Below are positions 58,077 to 64,000 of a stretch of DNA of 64,000 bases, piece after piece. The stretch comes from an uncultured archaeon. GTDB lineage: Archaea; Asgardarchaeota; Lokiarchaeia; Sigyniarchaeales; SOKP01. The stretch is taken from the NCBI GenBank assembly GCA_964598265.1, contig CAZRBD010000001.1, forward strand, positions 1,590 through 65,589, written 5' to 3'. How positions within the stretch are numbered: the first letter of the stretch is position 1; every line of letters begins with the position of its first letter. A program made the translations under genes and the position numbers. Below the pieces are notes generated by a model. The model saw nothing but the letters and a program-made list of their open reading frames with translations, was not told the DNA's origin and searched no databases.

Positions 58077-60190
58077 GTGTGGAATATAATGAGAAAAGAA
58101 AACAGAGTAAAATTGATTATCATAACTATAGGTATAATATTCGCGATATCGACGAATAGTAAAAGTATTTTCATTGCTCCATTAAATAATAATGAAAATT
58201 TGGAAACTCGAGACAAGTTCTCTTCAAAAAGACCAAAGAATTCGGGTTTCTGGACTCTTAACTCTATTCATGTTGATAATAATTGGTCCGCTACAGCGGA
58301 TTTGGATTGGTGTAGTGGTGACGGATCGTGGAGTAATCCTTATGTTATTGAAAATGTCACCATTGATGCAAGTAGTTCACCTACGGGAAGTGGAATTTAT
58401 ATCAATAATTCCAAGAGCGATTACTTTATAGTCAGAAATGTTACGGTTTACAACGCAGGGAGTGATTTTTTTTATGATGCGGGAATCAAATTGAATAATT
58501 CAAACAACGGAACATTGATAAATAATAACTGTTCAAATAATGGAGGAAATGGTTTTTTGATATATAATAGTGAAAATAACACAATGTCGGGAAACTATGT
58601 AAATTACAATCAATTTGGGATATTTTTTTCTGAGAGCAATAATAACACTTTCTCGGGAAATAATGCAACCTACAACAAAGGGTCAGGGATATATCTATCT
58701 TTGAGTAATTATACCACAATCTCAGGAAATAAAGCTTCTAATAATAATCAGCATGGAATAGTTTTATCATCGAGTAATAATGACAACATTTCAGGAAATT
58801 CCGCATATAACAACACTGACAATGGGATATATTTATCCACTAGTGATAATAACACCATCTCGGGAAATAATGCAACCTACAACAAAGGCTCAGGGATATG
58901 GTTAGACTTTAGTGATAGCACCAACATCTCGGGAAATACCGTTGATAATAACAACTATGGGATATATTTAACTAATAGTCATTACAACAATATTTCGGGA
59001 AACACCGCATATAACAATATTGTCCATGGGATAGATTTAGGCGCAAGTAATGGCAACAATATCTTGGGAAACACCGCATATAACAACACTGTCCATGGGA
59101 TATATATATATATAATAGTAATAACAACAATATCTCGGAAAATACTGCACATAACAACACTATTCATGGGATATGGTTAGACTTTAGTGATAGCAACACG
59201 GTTTCGGGAAATACCGCTAATGATAACTTAGAATATGGAATAACACTACGTTTTAATTCCAATGATAATAATATTACTGAGAATTACATATATCACAACG
59301 CAATAGGAGGAATTGCAATAAAATCTGGTACATGTGAGGATAATATAATTTCTGAAAATATAATAGTAAGTAACGATTTATTTATCAATGACAGCGGCCT
59401 TAATACTATAATAAAATATAATTATCTTGATATAATACCACCTAGTTTTGTCGTAGAAATTCTTGATTTATCATTTTATAAAACAGAATTTATAGTATCT
59501 ATAAATCTTACTAGTCAAGTTACTTTCTTACAAGTTTCTAACGTTTCTATTCAAATGTGGTGGAATGGAAATCTTATCCTTTCAAATGATATCAAAGATA
59601 ATGGAAATGGCTTTTACAATGTCTCCTTACTTCCGATATTCGTTGAGCCTGATGAAAATCCTATTTTATTGAATATGACGTTTTCAGCAGCTTACCATAA
59701 TGTTAAGTATTATGAAATGAATATTGCAGTTGAACCAGAACCTGACGATGCACCAGTCAGTGTATCAAATTTATTATTTATTGAGATTAGAGATCAATCT
59801 TTCTCACTGGAGGAATTTAATATAACGTTCTATATTTATAATGAATCTAATCATGGTATAGACAATGTAACAATACAGATGTGGTGGAATAGCACTGACG
59901 TCTCCTCTATCGTTCTAAATTTAGGGAGTGGCTTGTATTTTGTATCTTTAGAACCTATAACCGTAAAACCTGGAGAAGATCCAATCTTATTTGAAATGAA
60001 TATCTCTGCATTTGGATATGAAGATAAATCTTTCGAGACTTATATTGCTGTAGATCATGATGTTCTTCTTGGCGATGATAGTACAGGTGGAGAAGCTATT
60101 CCTGGTTACTCAATAATTTTTATAGGACTTACTGCAGTGGGTACAATAGGACTTATATACGTAATTTTTAAACGTAAACAACAAATTTAA
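58077..60190 (+). pseudogene. Large surface protein: signal/anchor, ~15 parallel beta-helix (PbH1/NosD-like) repeats, two tandem Ig-like modules, PGF-CTERM-like anchor; frameshifted at (TA)7 59101-59114
   Basis: ORFs 58077..59180 (frame 0) and 59084..60190 (frame 2) are colinear repeats 'ISGN.A.NN...GI.L..S.NN'. Removing one TA gives 'GIYIYNSNNNNISENTAHNN'. The C-terminus is 'IPGYSIIFIGLTAVGTIGLIYVIFKRKQQI'. Confidence 0.75.
59101..59114. repeat. (TA)7 dinucleotide microsatellite inside the surface-protein coding sequence
   Basis: Read directly: 'ggga tatatatatatata atagt'. Confidence 0.95.
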
Positions 60191-60719
60191 TATGCAAATA
60201 TAAAGTTTATAAATTATTTTAGCTCATTCACTTAATCCACAAGAGCCATAATCAACTTCAGTATTTATTATTTCTTTTTATTTCTCTCTTTTTTCTTTTA
60301 AATTGTTTTAGCCTAATAATTGAGTAAATGAATGCTGTAATTTGAAATAACTCTAACTAATTTTAAAAATCTTTTGATTTATTAGTTCAAAACCGTAGTA
60401 GTAAACCTATAAAAGGGATCAACGTTCGAGTTCCAGAGTTGGTTGAATTAAATTTATCAGATTTCTCTAGATATTTAGGAACAATGGGAAGCTTAAGCAG
60501 AAGAGGTGTAAGAATTGATATATTTCCTAAAAATGTTGGTAATTTTACTTTAAGCGCCACAGTCACATCCACAGATGGCCATTCCTTTACAGGTCCAATT
60601 GGAGTCCAAGTAACATGAAGGTATCTAGAGATTTTCGACTCCAAATCAAAACTTAAATTTTATTTTTTCTTTTTATTGGTTCTTTACTATAATAATTTTA
60701 TACATTCCCTATATATTAT

Positions 60720-60747
60720 GTCTAAGGTACTCTCTTATATCTTCAGA
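60720..60747 (+). repeat. Right copy of the direct repeat
   Basis: See the left copy. The minus-strand translation here, '..KKSVNSEDIREYLRHNI*', mirrors 'RRYIDSEDIKEYLKHAI' of ORF 56164..56352. Confidence 0.85.
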
Positions 60748-60766
60748 ATTAACACTTTTCTTTAAA

Positions 60767-62044
60767 ATGACTCATAAGTCTTTTAACTTATTAAGAACTA
60801 GGTTTCAATATATAATTGAAATTAAGAGATTAATAGAGATGAAAGGAAATTTTAAGATTCGTAAATTAACTGAAAAAGATCGCGAAGTTTATAGAAAATT
60901 AGTGCGATATGCTTTTGAAACAGCCAAGAATAATTATGAAGATTTAAAATGGCCTTCAGATAAAGTACCTATGGATTTGCATTATGGAGCGTTTAATGAG
61001 GAACAATTAGTTGCGGGAACAAGAATTATTCCATTTGACATGAGAATGCGTTCTCAAGATTTTAAAATGTATGGAGTGGCGGAGGTTGCTTCAAAACCGG
61101 AATATCGTAATCGTGGTATTATAAGAGAAATTATGTTAAAAATGTTTGAAGATATGCATGATAATGATATTCCCCTTTCTGTTCTATTTCCATTTAAGCA
61201 TTCCTTTTATGAGATGTTAGGTTATAAACTTGTTGATTTATATTTTATTTATGAATTTAATATCTCGGATATTTTATACAGAGAAACGGATTATTGCATG
61301 AAAGAAGTCGAAAGGATAAATGATGATATTAGAACAGTTTATGATCGAGCTATTTTAGATTTTGATTATATAGCAAAAAGACCTGAGATTCAATATTGGA
61401 GGCGGTTATACAAAAATAATTATAAATTTATTTGCTATAACGGAACCCAACCTGTTGGTTTTGTAATAATAACATTCACTAAAAAGGATGGTGAGTGGGA
61501 GTTGTTAAAACACCCCGATAAAACAATATGGATCCAAGAAACATTCTGGCTGGATCAAATAGCTAAACAGACAATCTTCAATTTTCTATGGGGTCATCGA
61601 GATCAACGAAAATATATAGCTGGGGCTTTTTCCGCAAATGAAAATATAATAGATCTTTTAAAAACTCCCCGAATAAAAAACATATATGTGATAGATAACT
61701 CTCTTCTAAGAATAATAGATGTAAAAACTGTTTTAGAGAATTTGAAATATCCTCTTGATGACTTTTCTGTAATATTACACATTACAGATAAATTTTGCTC
61801 TTGGAATAATGGATTTTTCACATTAACATCGGAAGAAAAACAAATTAATGTTAAGTATAATGAATCGTTAGAAAAAGTCACTGATATAGAGATAGAAATT
61901 AAATATTTAGCACAACTGTTAGCAGGTTTTAGAACAGTTAGTAATCTACTAGAATTTGGTTTTGTTTCAGTTAATAAAGAAAAAATTGAGCTCTTACAAG
62001 ATTTATTTCCCTTGACTAATAATTATTTTCATGACTTTTTCTAA
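60767..62044 (+). CDS. GNAT N-acetyltransferase, Eis-like (GNAT plus C-terminal SCP2-like region)
   Basis: 'VASKPEYRNRGIIREIM' acetyl-CoA motif A. A ~400-aa three-domain length is typical of the Eis family. The likely start is ATG 60839. Confidence 0.65.
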   Translation: MTHKSFNLLRTRFQYIIEIKRLIEMKGNFKIRKLTEKDREVYRKLVRYAFETAKNNYEDLKWPSDKVPMDLHYGAFNEEQLVAGTRIIPFDMRMRSQDFKMYGVAEVASKPEYRNRGIIREIMLKMFEDMHDNDIPLSVLFPFKHSFYEMLGYKLVDLYFIYEFNISDILYRETDYCMKEVERINDDIRTVYDRAILDFDYIAKRPEIQYWRRLYKNNYKFICYNGTQPVGFVIITFTKKDGEWELLKHPDKTIWIQETFWLDQIAKQTIFNFLWGHRDQRKYIAGAFSANENIIDLLKTPRIKNIYVIDNSLLRIIDVKTVLENLKYPLDDFSVILHITDKFCSWNNGFFTLTSEEKQINVKYNESLEKVTDIEIEIKYLAQLLAGFRTVSNLLEFGFVSVNKEKIELLQDLFPLTNNYFHDFF

Positions 62045-62254
62045 ACTCAGCAGGTTAGTATTCTCAGACTCTTCAATGCATCGAAGTTTTTCTAGTTCTT
62101 ATTGCCTTATGAGGACAAATTTGAATACATTTCCCGCATCCATTACATTTTTGTTCACTTATTTTTGCCAACAATAATTTTAATAATTTTAGGAACAATT
62201 TTTAGAGTAGGAAATCTAGTGGTGTTTTAATGTGTTTAATCAAAAAAGAATTAA

Positions 62255-64000
62255 ATGGCTAATTTTCTGGATTCTTCTGAGTTTCTGTTATTTTATTTTG
62301 TTTTAAACATTGTTATTATAATCCTAAATACATTATTCTTAATATCTCGGAAGAGAGAGAATTCAGTAAATAAGTTAAAATTCCTGATTATCTTTTTATT
62401 AGGGACTTCGATAATTATCTTTGGTTTCACTTCATTTCCGTATCTAATAGCTACTTCAGATTCACTAAGATCTTCAGATCAAGTACTCATGGATACTATT
62501 TTTCTCTTTTTGCTATGTTTTTCTACAGTATTCTTTATTTATTCAGTACATCACTCTGATGACGATATTGTAGAATTAAAAAAGCCCTCCTTTTTTAAAG
62601 CCCGGAAAGGAAAGATAAAGATAGGAAGAATCGTTAAAGAAGGAAGAAAGAAAGGTAAGTTTTTCCTATCTCTAGAAGATCTCGAGAAACATATGTTTGT
62701 TTGCGGTGCAACAGGTACAGGTAAGAGTAATTTCCTTCAAAATTTCTTAATAAACATAACAAAAAGTTATAAGATTCCTTTCCTTCTGGCAGAATTCAAG
62801 GGAGAATATCAATTTTTGCAGAGAAAAATCATTGATTTGATGATAATAAGACCGGGAGAGAATTTTTCAATAAATATATTCAATCCTGGAGATACTCTTC
62901 CGGAAATTCACGCAGAGAGGATATTTGATATCTTGAAGAGTGGTAAATTCTTAGATGATAATGCCGAGTTCTCTCCGCAGATGGAAAAAGTTTTAGTAGA
63001 GATATTAACAAAAGTCTGTAAAAATAAGGAATTTCAAAGCTGGCAAGGATTCTATAAGTATTGTAAAGGGTATGCAAAGAATAAGAGAGCTGAAATTCCA
63101 ATGTTAAGTCAAACACTCATCAGTATCACAAATAGGATAAGAAGATTTTCCTTGGGGCCCTTAAAAGCGATATTTGGTACGGAACACAAAATTAAAACAG
63201 AAAATCTTTTCGATAGAAATATATTAATTGATTTAAGTTCCATTATCCGTTTAGGGGGAGAAAAAGAGGATGCTCTATTTTTTCTTAACATGGTATTGAA
63301 ATATCTATGGGATAAAAACCTTACACGAGGTGCATATAACTTCCAAGGGATTAAGCACATTACAATTGTTGAAGATGCTCAATATTTTGCTCCAAAAGAC
63401 CTTACAAAAAAAAACAAGTTAACATCGTATTTAGAAGACATAGCTCTCCTTCAAAGAGGTACAGGTGAATGTTTGATTTCTTTAGCAACTCATCCTGATA
63501 TTAGTGAAGAGATTTTGGCAAATTGTGGTGTTTTAGTATGCTTTAAGACTCATATAGATAAAGAATTTCTCTGTAAATTATTAAATGTAGATGGGGAGAA
63601 TGAAGAATATTTATCAATTTTAGAAAAAGGGCAATGTATTGTTAGAGTAAATTCAATTAAGAGGCCATTTCTACTTGATGTTCCATATATTCAAAGAGAA
63701 TGGTTAAAAAGCACAGAAATCAATGAAACTAATCGGAGAGTTTTAGATAAGTTTGAAAAAGCAAAAATGGAGAGGGGAGATAAAATTACACATCATTCAG
63801 AAAATAGTGGCAGTTATTTAAATACATTAAAAAATAAGATTGTGAGAGTTATGAGAATGAGAAATAAACATAAAAAAGAAAGAATGGATTCAAACTCGGA
63901 CTTTGATTTTGAAGATGAATATTTGGACTCAGTAAAGAAGGAATTTCAAAATGTTAAGTCTTTAGAAGTTTCTTCTGATTCGGAAGGATTATTTGAAAAT
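62255..64000 (+). CDS. Membrane-anchored HerA/VirB4/FtsK-superfamily P-loop ATPase (3' partial, runs off the window)
   Basis: My translation from ATG 62255 gives 582 open codons. It has 3-4 N-terminal TM helices, Walker A 'VCGATGTGKSNF' and Walker B 'HITIVEDAQYF'. It is absent from the ORF track because no stop falls within the window. Confidence 0.7.
   Translation, partial: MANFLDSSEFLLFYFVLNIVIIILNTLFLISRKRENSVNKLKFLIIFLLGTSIIIFGFTSFPYLIATSDSLRSSDQVLMDTIFLFLLCFSTVFFIYSVHHSDDDIVELKKPSFFKARKGKIKIGRIVKEGRKKGKFFLSLEDLEKHMFVCGATGTGKSNFLQNFLINITKSYKIPFLLAEFKGEYQFLQRKIIDLMIIRPGENFSINIFNPGDTLPEIHAERIFDILKSGKFLDDNAEFSPQMEKVLVEILTKVCKNKEFQSWQGFYKYCKGYAKNKRAEIPMLSQTLISITNRIRRFSLGPLKAIFGTEHKIKTENLFDRNILIDLSSIIRLGGEKEDALFFLNMVLKYLWDKNLTRGAYNFQGIKHITIVEDAQYFAPKDLTKKNKLTSYLEDIALLQRGTGECLISLATHPDISEEILANCGVLVCFKTHIDKEFLCKLLNVDGENEEYLSILEKGQCIVRVNSIKRPFLLDVPYIQREWLKSTEINETNRRVLDKFEKAKMERGDKITHHSENSGSYLNTLKNKIVRVMRMRNKHKKERMDSNSDFDFEDEYLDSVKKEFQNVKSLEVSSDSEGLFEN

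Noticed and set aside
62073-62198. 41-codon minus-strand micro-ORF (TTG start) encoding 'CNGCGKCIQICP', a single 4Fe-4S ferredoxin-type motif.
   Set aside because: It is too short, has only one cluster motif, and lacks an ATG start. It is most likely a remnant of a ferredoxin-domain gene or a chance match, so it is not reported as a feature.
62880-63360. Minus-strand ORFs 62880..63116 and 63109..63360.
   Set aside because: They are antisense to the long plus-strand HerA-like ATPase frame, which carries Walker A and B motifs.
1-64000. Genome-wide reassignment of TAA/TAG as an explanation for the in-frame stops in thrS and the HAD gene.
   Set aside because: Recognisable genes here end at family-typical lengths on TAA, TAG or TGA (for example gltX on TAA, thermosome on TAG-TAG, the thrS tail on TGA). 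A global code change is therefore not supported. Only local readthrough, pseudogenisation or error remain.
1-64000. CRISPR arrays, rRNA genes, integrases or transposases.
   Set aside because: I found no regularly spaced direct repeats, no rRNA-like GC-rich stretches, and no ORFs with recombinase or transposase motifs on either strand.

Overview
AT-rich archaeal chromosomal window (GC roughly one third or less, judged by eye) with about 70 densely packed genes and no rRNA or CRISPR array. The archaeal assignment rests on a group II chaperonin (thermosome), Alba, Pth2, ribosomal proteins L38e and L40e, archaeal-type GluRS, AspRS and ThrRS, RibL/RibK, type-2 methionine aminopeptidase, TruD/Pus7 and a CDP-alcohol phosphatidyltransferase. 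Several eukaryote-signature-like genes also occur: a Ras/Rab-type small GTPase, two longin/roadblock-like proteins, a JAB/MPN metalloprotease and a C4C4 RING-like finger. This mix suggests an Asgard (Lokiarchaeia-like) genome, but that is an inference only. Main points for follow-up: (1) thrS has two in-frame stops while its conserved tail stays in frame, and a HAD hydrolase has one in-frame TAA. (2) A tRNA-Arg(GCG) carries a roughly 30-nt intron in the T-arm. (3) An orphan CheR/coiled-coil/CheD-like fusion has Gly at the expected CheD catalytic Cys position. (4) A large parallel beta-helix surface protein is frameshifted inside a (TA)7 microsatellite. (5) A 25-29 nt direct repeat brackets a 4.5-kb block holding a GIY-YIG nuclease and that adhesin. 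(6) A five-gene minus-strand operon (SDR, small paralog, ALDH, small paralog, amidase) has no assigned pathway. (7) A membrane-anchored HerA/VirB4-like ATPase runs off the 3' edge. All calls come from reading the supplied ORF translations and the raw sequence; no searches were run.
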